Shown here piece after piece: positions 10,184-23,500 of a stretch of 64,000 bases of DNA. The stretch is from Neodothiora populina (Eukaryota): the NCBI RefSeq assembly GCF_041146345.1, contig NW_027191406.1, forward strand, positions 124,001-188,000. The letters run 5' to 3'. Made by a program: the position numbers and the translations under genes. Each line of letters starts with the position of its first letter. The stretch's first letter is position 1. The notes beneath the pieces were generated by a model that saw only the letters and a program-made list of their open reading frames with translations, made no database searches and was not told the DNA's origin.

Positions 10184-12567
10184 ATGTGGGACGACGAAGA
10201 CAACAATCCATGTAAGCTGCTGCATTTAGTCGATGCTGTTGACACCGGCCTCGCTATACCAAGACGTCATTACGAGACCACACCGGACTGACCCGCCACG
10301 ATGACAGATGGCTCCTTCGGCCGCCGCGACAGCGAGACTTCGGATCTTCCAGGTAGGCCGTGACTGCTCCTTTCGTATCGCCATGTCGCGACACGATCCT
10401 CAGCTGAGCCGACTTCCTCCCCCGTCTATTCTATCTATCCAGCAATCCTGCAGCACGAGCCGAAGATGCCGCTCAGGATGGAAGAGCAAGATTCAATCAA
10501 TCTTGCAGTAGTAGCTGCAACGAGGAGTGGCATGAGGGCACAACTATGAGAGTCCAGGACAGAATGCTGATGCCTCGTCTACGACGCCAACAGGCTACAA
10601 CTCGTCAGGCGTCCCCGGCACACCGCCTTCGGGCCTCACCAGCCCTGACATCGCCGCCACCGACTACAGCGCAACACTAGGGCCCGAGCATATGGACGAC
10701 GAAGAGCTGGAGGCGACGAGTGACACAGAGTCCACAAAGGTCAAGCCCAGGAAAGGCGGTTACAGCAGCCGCATCGTGCAGATCCTCTACGAACACCCAG
10801 ACCTAGACATCCAGATTGTTGCTGCTGGCAAGAACACCGAGGGAGGAGGTTCCTACATCACATACACCATCCGAACCGGCGATGTCGAGGTGCGCAGACG
10901 CTACTCCGAGTTCGCCTCGTTGCGACAGACGCTCGTGAGCCTCCATCCTACCCTGATCATCCCGCCGATCCCCGAGAAACACACAATGGCAGACTACGCT
11001 GCCAAGCCGACAAAAGCAAAAGAGGACGTCGGCATCATCGAGCTGCGCCAGCGCATGTTGACCACCTTCTTGAACCGTTGTCGCAAGATGGAAGAGGTGC
11101 GCAACGATGGTGTCTGGTCTAGGTTCCTGGATCCCAACGCCTCGTGGAGTGAGGTTCTGCACTCGCATCCTGTTGCCTCGATCCCGAAGAACAATCTCAA
11201 GGCGCCTCCTCTCGATCCCGCCAATCCCTCGCCTGGCCACCAGTTCCTCCCTATCCCTTCGGCCTCTGCCAAGTTGCGTTCGACGAGCACTGCCGGAGTC
11301 TCCGCATCGGGCACCCCCACTTCTCCACCCCAACAATCCACCTTGCCTTCTGTTGCCGCCCACAGTGTACCTGGTCTTCAGGTCTTCTCGCCCTTCCCGC
11401 CAGATGCCGATACCCTCTCCGAAGCCGATCTCGATCCCTACTTTGTGCAATACGAGGCCTCGTCGCGCGAGCTCGAGACTTTGTTGCAAGGGTCCATGGA
11501 AAGAGTCAATCAACGCACATTGCAACACCTGTACAAGCTCGGTGATGACTTGATGGAGTTGGGAGGAAGGTACAATGCCTTTTCGCTTTCCGAGCAGTCC
11601 CAGACTGTTGCTGCCGCCATCGAGAAGGTCGGCCAAGCGTGCGACTTTACCTACATCCAGACGCGTGATCTATCGAGTGCGCTCAGTGCTCAATTTGCAG
11701 AGCCCATGCGGGAGAGCGCCCAGTTCGCCGGCATCGTCAAGAATGTTCTCCGATACCGTGTTATGAAGCGCGTGCAAGAGGAGATGACCAGGGACGAGCT
11801 AGAGAAGAAGAAAACAACCCTCGAGACGCTCGAACGCAGCGAGATGGAGGCCAAGAGGATAGAGCAGTACCTGAACCAATATTCCCCCGCGTCCGCCGCC
11901 CCCAAACGCAGTATGAGCACTGGTAGCAACGCCAACAAATTGCGCAATCCCGCCCGTGATACATTGCCCCGAAGGGCGGAGGACGACACGGCGAGCATAG
12001 ACTCGGATTTCCCTCCTACACTCGGTCAAAACGCTCCTTCGGCCGGTCAGGGCCTTCCACAACCCGAACCCGTCTCACATCCGACGACTTCCCATAGGAG
12101 AGGAGTCAGTACGAATTTCATCACCAACAAAGTCTTTGGTCGTTTGTCACACGCCTTGCATTCCGTCACTGATGCCGACCCTGAACGTGCGAGGCGCGAC
12201 CAGATCGGCAAGACGAAAGAGTCCTTGGTCCAGGTTTGTTTCTCTACAGCCATTTCGCAATCTTTATCTGTCCACATGCTTACTGCCCGTCTATAGCTCG
12301 AAGCTGCGCTTGAAGTCTCGGAGAAGGATGTTCGGGATGCTAGCTCGGGCGTGCTGAAGGATCTCAAGCGATTCCAGAACGAGAAGGAGGAAGACTTGCG
12401 ACACTATATGGTAAGCTGCATGGATCTTCTTTCTAGCACCCCGCTTCCAGCACTGACCACATTCATTGCAGATCAACTTTGCCAGATGCCATGTCAACTG
12501 GGCAAAGAGCAGTCTCGAGACGTGGGAAGAGGCCAAGGCCGAGGTTATGAAGATCGATGTTCGATAA
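10184..12567 (+). CDS. SNX41: Sorting nexin-41 / Atg20-family PX-BAR protein, 5 exons
   Basis: Spliced start MWDDEDNNP-YGSFGRRDS (exons 10184-10211, 10308-10352, then from 10594). PX motif VRRRYSEFASLR..LIIPPIPEKH, BAR-like coiled coil, and last exon ending WEEAKAEVMKIDVR*. Confidence 0.88.
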
Positions 12568-13078
12568 TATTCAACTCTTTGCATCTATAATGTCGTTACG
12601 GAAAGCGGGCGTAATGAACCACTACCTAGAATCGTCCAAAGGCTGTACACAAAGGATTTCCGTTGTTTCAATCATATGAAATACCTCCCACGTCCATTTC
12701 CTGCAGCTGGACGTCCGGAGGATTCGAGGTCTCCTGTTCAGGCATCGGCCCACCCCGATGAAAACAGAACGGATCTACTCTTGTTAAGCCATTATCCCGA
12801 TTGAGATAGATCACAATTGCTAGCTGAGGGACTACGATTTATGCCTGATTGCTTGTATGTTGCGTTCTTCGTTTTTCCCCACATCCATCATCGAATAGTA
12901 CCCCCCGGAGAATCTGTTCCGCCGAGCCACCGTCGGGGATATCGGTCTTTGAATTATTCGTGGACAACAAAAATTGCGTCTACAACAATATTTCACTTGT
13001 CGCCCCACACGAGATCCAATCTCGACGTCTCACGCGAATGAACACATTGGGCGTGGATTGTATCAGAAAATATCGGAC

Positions 13079-14386
13079 ATGGGTCAATATGATCGAAAAG
13101 CTCAATCCCAAAGAAAGCACGGACCATTGACCGTCAGCGGTGCTTCCAAAGCACCTGTCGTTCCACCCACAGGTCGTCCCGGTTGGAAGGGACCGAGTTA
13201 CGTCAAGAAACGACCATCTCGTAATTCGTCTGTTCCAACACCCCCAGCCACTGTCACACAAGCACAATTGCTGCCTGTCGAGCTTCAACAGCTTGCCTTG
13301 AACATCTTTTACGATACTTTTCCAGTGGCCAAAGATTTCGAGAGTCTGAAACCAACGCTGCAAGAAGTCAACGATGCTCTAGCTTGTAAAGACCGTGACA
13401 GGGCATTCGGGAGTGAAGACTATCGAGATGCGTACGCGGTGAGATGGTCTCCCAGTCGAGCTTTGACTTATGCCAACGTTCTTGCATGGATTTGCAACGA
13501 GAAATGCCGTGAGGAGCGATGGGTTGAATGCTTTTCGAACAACAAAGACGACTGGAGAGATGCTGAGCCCCGATCGAACGAAACTGCCAGGGTGGTCTGC
13601 TTCGGTGGCGGTGCTGCAGAGATAATGGCCTTTGCTGCTCTCTCACGATATCAACGACCCGACGAGAGCGGCGTGCCAAGTCAGGAATCACAAGAAGTTG
13701 CCAACGTGGACTCATCAGGGACAGTGAAAACTCCCACGAGGCTGCATGCTACGTCCAGGCCATCATCTCCTGTCCTTGACCTTCACTTAGTCGACACACC
13801 GGACTGGACCAGAGTAATATCCGACCTTCAGTCCTACTTAGAAACTCCACCAGTTCTCTCCAAATACGCCAGTGCAACAGCCCGCGCTAACAATGCTGCT
13901 TTTCTTTCTTCGGGTGCTATCAGACCACGTTTTACCCAACTGAATATGCTCGACCTCAGCACTGACGCCCTACGTGCTATCGTGGCCTCGGAACCAACTT
14001 TATTCACCTTTTTCTTTTCATTACAAGAACTTTCCTCCACCTCGGTACCGAAGGCTACGGCGCTCCTACGGAAAATCACTGCTGCGGCCCCAAGGGATAG
14101 TCTCTTGCTCATTCTAGAGAGTCCTGGCGCACATGTCGAGATCTCAACCGGCAATAGTGAAAGTACAGCCGACGTTTTGGATGAGAGCAGAAGCTGTCCA
14201 ATCAATTGGCTTAACGATCGCATTCTGTTACAAAAGCCTTTGAGCAAGACTGAAGGTGAGGAGACTACTGCCTTGTGGCAGAAAGTTTTGGACGAAGAGT
14301 CTAGACAACACAAACTGGACGTCAAATTACGCTATCCCGCTCTGGAAAACATGAAGTTTCAGCTGCAGCTTTACAAGCGTATATAA
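13079..14386 (+). CDS. 25S rRNA (uridine-N3)-methyltransferase, BMT6/DUF3115-like
   Basis: AYAVRWSPSRALTY, VVCFGGGAAE (SAM-binding-like), LLILESPG and C-terminal LENMKFQLQLYKR. First ATG at 13079. Confidence 0.8.
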   Translation: MGQYDRKAQSQRKHGPLTVSGASKAPVVPPTGRPGWKGPSYVKKRPSRNSSVPTPPATVTQAQLLPVELQQLALNIFYDTFPVAKDFESLKPTLQEVNDALACKDRDRAFGSEDYRDAYAVRWSPSRALTYANVLAWICNEKCREERWVECFSNNKDDWRDAEPRSNETARVVCFGGGAAEIMAFAALSRYQRPDESGVPSQESQEVANVDSSGTVKTPTRLHATSRPSSPVLDLHLVDTPDWTRVISDLQSYLETPPVLSKYASATARANNAAFLSSGAIRPRFTQLNMLDLSTDALRAIVASEPTLFTFFFSLQELSSTSVPKATALLRKITAAAPRDSLLLILESPGAHVEISTGNSESTADVLDESRSCPINWLNDRILLQKPLSKTEGEETTALWQKVLDEESRQHKLDVKLRYPALENMKFQLQLYKRI

Positions 14387-14749
14387 TGACTCAATGGCTC
14401 TAGAGCTTTTCCACTCGCAAGTCTCGCACATAAATGTCGATGGACCATCTTTTTGGCTGGAGCCAATGAGGCAGTGTCGCCGGCTATTTCAGCGAGATAC
14501 ACTGTGGATAAACTCAACACATGATCCTGGAAAGTACAATATCGATTTGATTAAGAAATCTATCACGAACGTTACGAACAGAGTTCTTCACATGTTCCAC
14601 GCGCTGCATTCAATCCTATAGCTGCTCGGTCCGTCATTGGTTGGTGCAACGTAAAAATCCCAGTTTGCCAAGCGACCGGACTCTTTTGTGGCGCGGAAAG
14701 TTCCCTCTCAAACAACGCTAACCAGTAATCTGATCCTAAGAGTCAGATC

Positions 14750-14873
14750 ATCAGATAAAAAATTTGACCTTAGTTCCCATTTTCTACCATGAAAATCAGG
14801 ACTCTCGGGCATATTCATGCCCCGAGCAAATAATCGAGAGTGTTGTTGAATATGCTTTAGCCGATTATCAGAT
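14750..14873. promoter_or_regulatory. Two ATCWGATAA (SreA-type iron-repression) motifs upstream of the ferric reductase
   Basis: ATCAGATAA at 14750-14758 and TTATCAGAT (reverse complement ATCTGATAA) at 14865-14873. Confidence 0.6.
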
Positions 14874-15652
14874 CAGCTCCTGCGGCCGGCACCGGAATCA
14901 TGACATCCATGTTACTTGTTCACGCGAGAAATCCCAGGTGTATGATCCTCCATCTGTCTCACCACTTGCAACAAGAGATGGCAAGCGATGGAGTATATTG
15001 TGAAATCCCACGCAGGACCCTGTTGTTTCAGGGAAGAAGCTTGATGGGGCCAAGCTTCTGTCATTGACTTGCTCTCGTTAGTGGTGCCCACCGCCGTTCG
15101 GTCATACAGTAGCTCACTCGGCGGCCTCGAGAATTAGTGCTTCGTCAACACGAAAACTTACGCCCACTTCGTAACTAAAGTACAAGCTATGGTACTGGTG
15201 CCCCACATTGGGATTGGTGAATGCTTGATTGTACCAACATGCTTGCAGATGGCACCCGTTGGGCTCAGTCTCACTAGCCTTGTGAAAACCACTTCCATAC
15301 ACAACCGTAAGCACAGCCGGGGAAGCCATCACCAGTAGAACCACTGCGTCGGCGAAGATACCACGTTGTTGGGCCTGTTCCACCGCAGATCTCTCGCGAT
15401 CCGGCCACTGCGCACGCGATGATCAACGTTAGGTGGCTCCTATTGCGCAAAAGTCTAAAGCCTCAGAAGTCTAAGGCTATGAAACACGAATCGACAAGTT
15501 CATGTATTTTCCGTGTCTTTCGAGTGCTTGGGGAAAGATGGAAATATGTATATAGTATGCCGATCGCCCTCCGGCCTTTTTTCCGGGACGACCAATCCTC
15601 TGCCTCTAACACCTCGTGGTGTTGTCTGATCTCGACTACTCTTGTCACAAGC

Positions 15653-18600
15653 ATGGTCACTTTAACATATGTTCTGTTGTTGGCCTTTGCTATTTTCTCT
15701 GCTAAGGTGTCAGCAGCACTGAAGCCCACAGATCCAAGGGAATTTTGTTTCTATGCCAATTACCAGGTTCTTACTCTGCTGAAATGGAGTGATGGAAGTA
15801 GTTCGGCTAAAGCCCAACGATCAATTGTTTCCTCTGGCACCTTCACCAATGATGTCGATGATCTGGCCCAAGCAGACCGGCGTAGTATCGAGTCTCGCGC
15901 CGATGCCGCCGCGGCCGCAACAGCAGGAGGCAAGCCGAAAGTAGCAGCATACTGTGCGAATAAAGCCGAGCTTACATCTATGTATGCATCTACAAAACTT
16001 TACTGTTCACCACAAGCTCTAGAAGATGGCATTCTTTTCTGGGAAAGACTGTGTGAAAGCGTCAATGCCACATTGGATCTAAGTACCATCCAGGCTGTCG
16101 TCACTAATGAGTATATTGCCAAGTTACCGATTGTCGACCCGGACACTGGTATCAAAAATGTCACTGGCCCCGCAGTGCTTCTAGAATCCTACTTTGATCG
16201 ATCTCTCAAGAGCTATGTGAGTGCTACCTGCTGAATTATTTTGCAAGCTTTTGGAGAATTAGCAAGATTGATGAAAAACCAAATAGACTGTCCACGCAAA
16301 TTCCAAAGTCCTTTCGAAGAATCTACCATGGGCCATCATGGGCTACTGGGGAGGAGTCCTCTTCCTAGGGATTCTCACAAACCTTTTCAACATCTATGTT
16401 GCTCGTCGAGCGGCGACTGAAGACATCGAAAAAAGCAGCAGTAGCCCTGTTCTTACACCTCTACGGATCCTTCGACACTGGATCCGGACGTATATTGTCA
16501 TCCCTGCTGCAGTTGGCACCTTTCACCAACAACGCTTCATGTGGTGCACAATTCCGAAACGTCTTGATTCTCTTATTGTATTCGGCTGGTGGGCTTTGTG
16601 CATCATTATCAGCAGCACAGGCTACCATGCGTTCTCGGAAAACATCATGTTAGTGTTTATGATTTCACTCTTCCTCTCCTCCCTCCCCTGATATATCTAT
16701 TCGAGTAATGTGTAATCTGACATTGTATTGATTGGATCTCAAACAGGTACGTGACTATTGCCAAGCAGATGTGGTACTGGCTACCCCTGAGAATGGGGTG
16801 TCTAGCCGCTGCGTGTCTGCCGTGGTTATGGTTGTTCAGCGGGAGAAACAACATCTTCATTTGGGCCACCGGTTGGGACTTCAGGACTTTCAACATCTTC
16901 CATAGACATGTTGCGCGGGCTATGGTCGTCTTTGCCATTGTTCATTCAATTGGGTACACGGTGAAGTATTGCATGTACTGTGAGTACTCTTTCCCGTTCT
17001 CACTCCTTTGTCTGGAATTCTTGGATATCATTACAGTATGCTCAATTATCTGAATACCTGATATGTACAAGAGCGACATCTAGCAATGGCCGACTGATAC
17101 ATTTACGATAGCACCGGGCACTTATACCACAGATTGGACAGAGAATTGGTTCAGGATGGGGGCAGTGGTGAGTCCTCCACTTTGTAACGATATCAACAGA
17201 AGATTGGATTCACTGACATCGCTTCTGCTTCTTGCCAGGCCCTGATTCTAGCATCACTAATTCTGCTCTCCTCGACTGGTTGGCTAAGAGTAAACTACTA
17301 CGAGATATTTCTGGCCATCCACATCACGTTCGCCATCGCGTTCTTGGTGTCCATGTTTGTGTAAGTAATTGTCCTTTATGCTCAGCGAATATCTGTCGGT
17401 GGTCTAATCAAGTCACTTGCTATCAATAGTCACACTACCGAAGTCGAATTCTTCTATACCATATTTCTCTATCCATGCGTGGCTCTTTGGTCGTTCGATA
17501 GGCTTGTGCGCCTTCTCCGGATAGCTTACTGCAATATCCACATCAACAAAACTTCGCTGATCAAGATGTCAAACGCCATTGCGTCTTATAACGCAGAAGA
17601 AGACGTCATCAGACTCGACGTCTATCCAGCGTTCAACGCAGCCGCATCCAAGGGACTGATGGGACCGAAAGGTGGACAGTATTACCACATCTACCAACCA
17701 TTCGCTTGGAAAGGTTGGGAGAATCATACATTCACCCTGGCGGGATGGTCGTACGTACACGAAGCCGAGCAGCGCATGCATCTGTCGTCGGCTTCGTCTT
17801 CGTCTGACGACATGGAGAGAGGTGTTGTGGGCAGTAACCAGCATGGGTCACCGATGCTTTCTTCCGCCGACGAGAAAATGCCTCGTCAGTCCACAGCCGC
17901 AACGGAGACCTCAAACGACGACGAAAATAGGGAACGGGGTCAATTGAAACTCACGTTCTGGATTCGACCCTACGATGGCTGGACGCGACGAATCCGTGAT
18001 TCCTGCCTCTCTGCATCTGCCCAGTCTGCCTCAGCATCAACTCATCTCAAACTTCTCCTAGAAGGTCCATACACCAAACACTCTCCACTCGCCTCGTTCG
18101 ACAGCGTAATTTTCATAACAGGCGGAACAGGCATATCCGCCGCACTAGCCTACATCACCGAACTGTCTGAACATCAAGAACAACAGCGTCAATATGGAAA
18201 GACCACGAGGACGCAAAAGGTGCAATTGCACATGAGCGCCAAACAACCCGCGTTCCTACGACGGATCGCAAGAGAAGAATTACAATCGCGGGAAAGTGGA
18301 CTAGAGGCAAAATTCTACTGTACCGGCTGCGAAGCAACTCCTGATTCGCCAGCGCTCTTGACGACCAAGTCGTCAGCATCATCGACTTCTTCATGCGCAA
18401 GTCCTCCGTCACCGCCGTCCGTGTGCAAAGAGACAGAAAAGCCCAATCCCACCACCGCTACAGGACTGTCGGATGCAATCGAGCCCTGTCTCCAGGTCTC
18501 CACCTCCCCTCGCTCCTCCACCGCTGTATCCCGAGAAGGAAACACAGACCTCCACCGCTCGCGCCCAGATATCCATTCCATAATCTCAACTGCCACGCAC

Positions 18601-18801
18601 GAAGCTCTCGCGCAGCAATCCTCACCCTCGGACGAAGAGAAAGCAGACAGACAGAAACGAACAAGGATCGCGGTCTTGGTATGTGGTCCCGCGGCAATGG
18701 CCGATGAAGCTCGAGACGCGGTGAGGGGGGAATTGGAGAGGATCGGGGGAGGGACAACAGGCGTGTGGTTGGAGTATTTCGAGGATGTGTTTGGGTGGTG
18801 A
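15653..18801 (+). CDS. Ferric/cupric reductase transmembrane component (FRE family), multi-exon
   Basis: Signal peptide and Cys-containing N-domain; FSGRNNIFIWATGW..FNIFHRHVAR with heme His residues; YEIFLAIHI; WSFDRLVR; ENHTFT; EGPY; GGTGIS; VCGP; terminal FGW*. Confidence 0.93.
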
Positions 18802-19250
18802 ATGTCCTTTTTTTCTCTTATCACTTTTCCATGGCTTTCCTTTCCGCTTTTTGGTTTAGTCTTGTCCTTGGGTTTTGCTTGGAGGGCGAGGATGTGTCAA
18901 GTCCATGCAACGCAGATGAAAATATAAACAGTAGAATCAGAGATGGAAACACTAAACGCGATTTCGAAATAGTCATGATGGATAAAATATGGATGCAGCA
19001 AGTGAGCAAAGTGGTCAGCTTCTGATAATTTCATATCTGGTAGACTCGCTTGTATGTTGCCTAGTGGCTAGCTCGTGTAGCACAGATACACGAGAGAAGT
19101 GCATCGATTCCTCATGCATTTGTGGACGTTATAGCTGGACTTTGTACTTGGATCTTGCAGTTGGCCTGTTTGTTCAGAGAGACGAAGTCTTCTGATCCTC
19201 TCGTGTAGAGTCTATATATGATCATGAAAGGCCAAGAGACGGATAAGAAG

Positions 19251-21317
19251 TTATCCACTCTCATCAATCTCCTTTTTCGTGAGTCCCTCGGCTTCATCGT
19301 CGCTTTCATCCGCTACTCCCAACTGGTTCTTCTCATCGCCGCCGGTCTTGCCATCACTGGCACCGTCCTTGGCTCTCTGCGCTGCCTTGGCCTTTGGCTC
19401 TTCTCCCTTGGGATAGATTGTCGCGTCGACGCCCTTGCTTGTCAGATACAAAAAGTGGCGTTCGCGGTAGTTGTCGATTTGGTTGAAGAAGAGATGAAAA
19501 CTGTTTAAGCTCGGTCGATTAGTCCAAAAAAAAAATCCTTCGAGTGGTGCAACGTGCACAAGAAGCACAGAAGGGGTGTATCAAGAACAGGAGACTCACG
19601 TGTTCTCTTGCTTCTCCTCCTCGAATATCCTCTGATAAATCTCCTTTTGCTTGAACGCCTCGAGCTTCTCCTCCCACTTGCTGAACTCCAACTTCTCGCG
19701 ACCGTGCTTGACGGCTTGCAGTTCGTTGTAAGAATCAAACACCGGTCGTTCGAGTAAAAGTCCAAGTCCGGGCACTTTCGGAATGCTCATCTTGATATCT
19801 TCGTAGCTCTCGTGGATACGAGAAGTCGGGGCTCCGCAGCGCACAACCAGACTGGCCATGCCGACCATTTTGCGGATCTGATGCATCATGAAACTCTGTC
19901 CGTGGACTTTGAGTGACAGCCATTCCGTGTCGTTGATGATCTTGGGCTCGTGATTGACAAGGAAGGACTTGATGTTGCGTTTACTGGACGGATCGCGGTA
20001 AGTTTTGAGGATAGTGTAGTTGTGGAAGTTGCGTGTTCCGACGTAGGCTGTTAGAGCCTCTTGGAGGCGTTGGATGCGTGACACCGGGACACGGTAACGG
20101 CGTTTGGCGTCATTGTAGGCGAGTTTGAGCGACTTTACTGCAGCCTCGATGCGCTTCTTTTGTTCTTTGTTGAGGGAATTCGAAGACGCGATAACTTCTG
20201 CAGGAGCAGAAACTGTAGAGTTTGCAGTCGTTGCCTCGGCGGCAGCATCGCCGTTTGTCTTATCGTCGGTGGTCTTGTCTTCGACCGAATTGTATGTCGT
20301 CTCCTCTTCGTAGAGCGCCTTGATGACCAGATCTCTGATGTCCTCGTCCAGAGTCTCCAGTATGGGCTTGATCTCTTTATCGTCGACTTCTTTCCAGAAG
20401 TCCTTGACGTCTGCCTGTCGCGCATCGAAGCCTTCTCTGTCTCCAACCTCGTCCGCACTTGCTTCTAATTGTCTGGCTAACCAAGAGCTCGGGTGAGGAG
20501 GCAAGAGACAATGACTGGGCAAGAGGTATTCGTACCAGCGCGAATCACAAGACTGATAGCAAGAAAAACTGCCGATTGTTCTCTCGATTCCCCATACCCT
20601 GATCTGGGGAGTCAAGTGTTCGTTGATCTTCTCGACGATGTTATCATCCTCGATGATCAATTTCAACGAAATCATGTTCCCAGCAGCATGTACACCCTTG
20701 TCTGTTCTCGCACAACGCACGAGCTGGGACTTTTTGGGGTCATCCGCATTCGCCTTTGAGATTGCGCCTGCCTTGACGAAAGCAGTGAACAGATCACCCT
20801 CGATTGTTTTCTCGGTGGTGTTGATCTGCATGCCCTTGTATCCAGTGCCCGAGTATCCGATCAATACAGCGACTTTTCGTTTGGGTTTGCGGTCCTCGGC
20901 CGCTATCTCCTCCGAGGCAAAAGGCGCAGGCAGAACCGAGTTGTCATCTCTGGGCTTGGCCTTTTCTGCATCGTTTCGAGCTCGGCGATCTGGTTGATTT
21001 GCTCTTTGTTTAGTATGTCAGTCTTGTGGGTTTTCGATTCGAGCTTCTTTGCTTTTGGTTCTGGATAGACAGAATAGAAAGATGCAAACTCACTCCCACT
21101 CTTTGCGGCCCATATCCCTTCTCTTGCGGCCACGACCAGACTTGGATCCATTGTCTTCGAAGCGTTTGCGCTTGCGCTCACTGTCACTCTGGTCCTTGTT
21201 TGCTTTGTCGTCATTTGCCGGGGCAGGAGTAGGGTTTGAGCTCGCTTCCTCGGATTTGCTGGAGTCGGCAGGCTGCTGCTGCGACGCAGCGACGGGAGTC
21301 TCGGTAGTGTCTGCCAT
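19251..21317 (-). CDS. PUS1: tRNA pseudouridine synthase 1 (TruA family), multi-exon
   Basis: GYSGTGYKGMQ, catalytic RCARTDKGVHA, GTRNFHNYT and GQSFMMHQIRKMVG. Confidence 0.95.
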
Positions 21318-22205
21318 TTCGAGATGGCGACTTTCATAGAGAAGGTCGATTGGGCTGTGATGGTAAAATGAAACAATTAAACCACGACTTTCTTCAAAAG
21401 TTTCAGATGATTTCTTTGGACCGTCTTTCTACTTTTGCGGAGAAGTGGAGCCGAACTTTCCCCGACTATCGGTGTTGGTATGCAGAGACACATTATAGAA
21501 GCTACCTCTTCCCCCTGCTGATCACGGAAATAAGTAGACAAGGGATGTTGTTCCTGCGCACCAATGCAAGAACTTCAGTGTCACTTATCGAGGCCAACGA
21601 CTTGTCTACCCCCCGGGCTTGTTACTGTATATTGGCCTGAAGTGGCTTGAACACAGATCTACCAGAAGGCAGATCGTACTACTGTTGTTTTTCCAATTTG
21701 TTGTATGGATTTATTGTGAGGAGAAGCATACTGGAGCAAGAAGACGGCTATGAGACAAGATCAAGAACAGGCTACACGGGGATGGGAGATGATGGTAAGG
21801 TAGCCAGTATGGAGTTGAACTAAGCAGTGGTTACAAGACATGGATAAGATGGCCCAAGCTCAGACTCGCAGCTTGTACCGGAACGCTTGTCGAAGATGAG
21901 GCTAGAGGATCCTCACGGTAGCAAACTGGTCAAAATGATGTTATAAAAAGTCATAAGCATTACTTTTGTTACTTTTGTCTACTTTGCTCGTTTGTGCTCA
22001 AGGAATTAGCAATATCACTTTCATCAGTCGACAGAGAAAGTAAAATCACAGCAATATCTTCCTTGTTCTGTCGACAAGAAAGTTACGTCACCAGCATCAG
22101 AGGTAAGAGGTATCAAGTAATGGAGACATTCTAGTCCTTGAAATGCAGACTGACGAGTGACTTGACTGTGGCAGAAGTTTTGTGAGGGAGTCCCGTAATA
22201 TCAGG

Positions 22206-23500
22206 ATGGCGTCTCCGCGGTTTCGAACGTTCAATTCATTCTGGGCGTCGAGTACGGTTTTCGCGTCATCACCGAGGTCGAGTTTTAGGCCTCTTACAAG
22301 ACTACCTAGAAACCAACAACTCTCGTGGCAATTCTCCCAGAAGCGTACAGCGTACAATCGTGGGTTTAACTATCAACGCTTCCAGAAGTCTTCGGGTCTG
22401 TTGAAGCGATGGGCGGCACGACCCACATTTTACTACGAAGTCGGCGGCATAGGAACAGTAGGCGGTGGCTTCTATATATATAACCTCGAGGAAGTGCCCG
22501 TACGTGCAAGTTTAATATGCTTCGGTCCAACTCGATGCTGATACGTTCTAGGTGTCGCACCGACGACGTTTCAATGTCGTTTCTGAAGACTATGAACAAA
22601 CCTCGGGTCAGGAGCTGTATAAACAAGTCATGAGCCAATACAGTGGCCAGATTCTATCGCCATTGCATCCCCAACATCGAATGGTACAGAAGGTGCTCGA
22701 TCGTCTGATTCCCCATTCGGGTCTTTCCGAGGAAAAGAACAGATGGGAAGTACACGTGATCCAAGATCCTCAGAAGAATGCATTTGTAATTCCAGGTGGA
22801 AAAGTATTCGTGTTCTCGGGCATTCTCGACGTCTGTCAAGGGGAGGACGGCTTGGCAGCTGTCTTGGGACATGAGATTGCTCACAACGTGGCACATCATG
22901 CCGCAGAGAGGATGAGCAGTACAGTGATGATTCTACCTGTTGCTGTCATCGCAGGCTTGTTCCTCGGCCTGCCGGATGTGTTTCCCCAAATGGCTGTTGA
23001 CCTTGCATTCTTGAAGCCCGGCAGCAGAGCTCAAGAGGTACGTCCCGGTTGAGAGATTAATATCCGCTCATGGTCGCCATTTTGACAAAGCATGGCCCTG
23101 ATGTCTGAGTATCGTGTGCTAATTGCCCGTAGAGTGAAGCAGACTACATCGGACTGAGTACGGATTCCTGCATCTCTTTCGAGTCTCTTTACTAATGCAG
23201 TGTAGTGATGATGGCAGAGGCTTGCTTCGATCCTCATGCAGCCGTAGGACTGTGGTCTCGAATGGAGAAAGAGGAGCAATCAGCGCCACCTCAGTTCCTC
23301 TCTACACATCCGTCTAGCCACAACAGGATGGAGAAGATCCGAGAATGGCTTCCGGAAGCCGAGGTCAAGCAACAAGAGGGAGGATGCGGGATGACTGCGA
23401 ATCACGGTACGCTGTTGGCGAACGTCTTTTTTTTTCCATCTTTATGCTAACGACTATTCAAGCAAGCCATTTCCAAGATGCTTTCGGTGTGCGATGGTAG
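22206..23500 (+). CDS. OMA1: Mitochondrial inner-membrane metalloendopeptidase (peptidase M48), multi-exon
   Basis: Arg/Ser-rich presequence, NAFVIPGGKVFVFSG, HEIAH zinc motif, a 25-nt micro-exon encoding SEADYIGL, and FLSTHPS. Confidence 0.93.
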
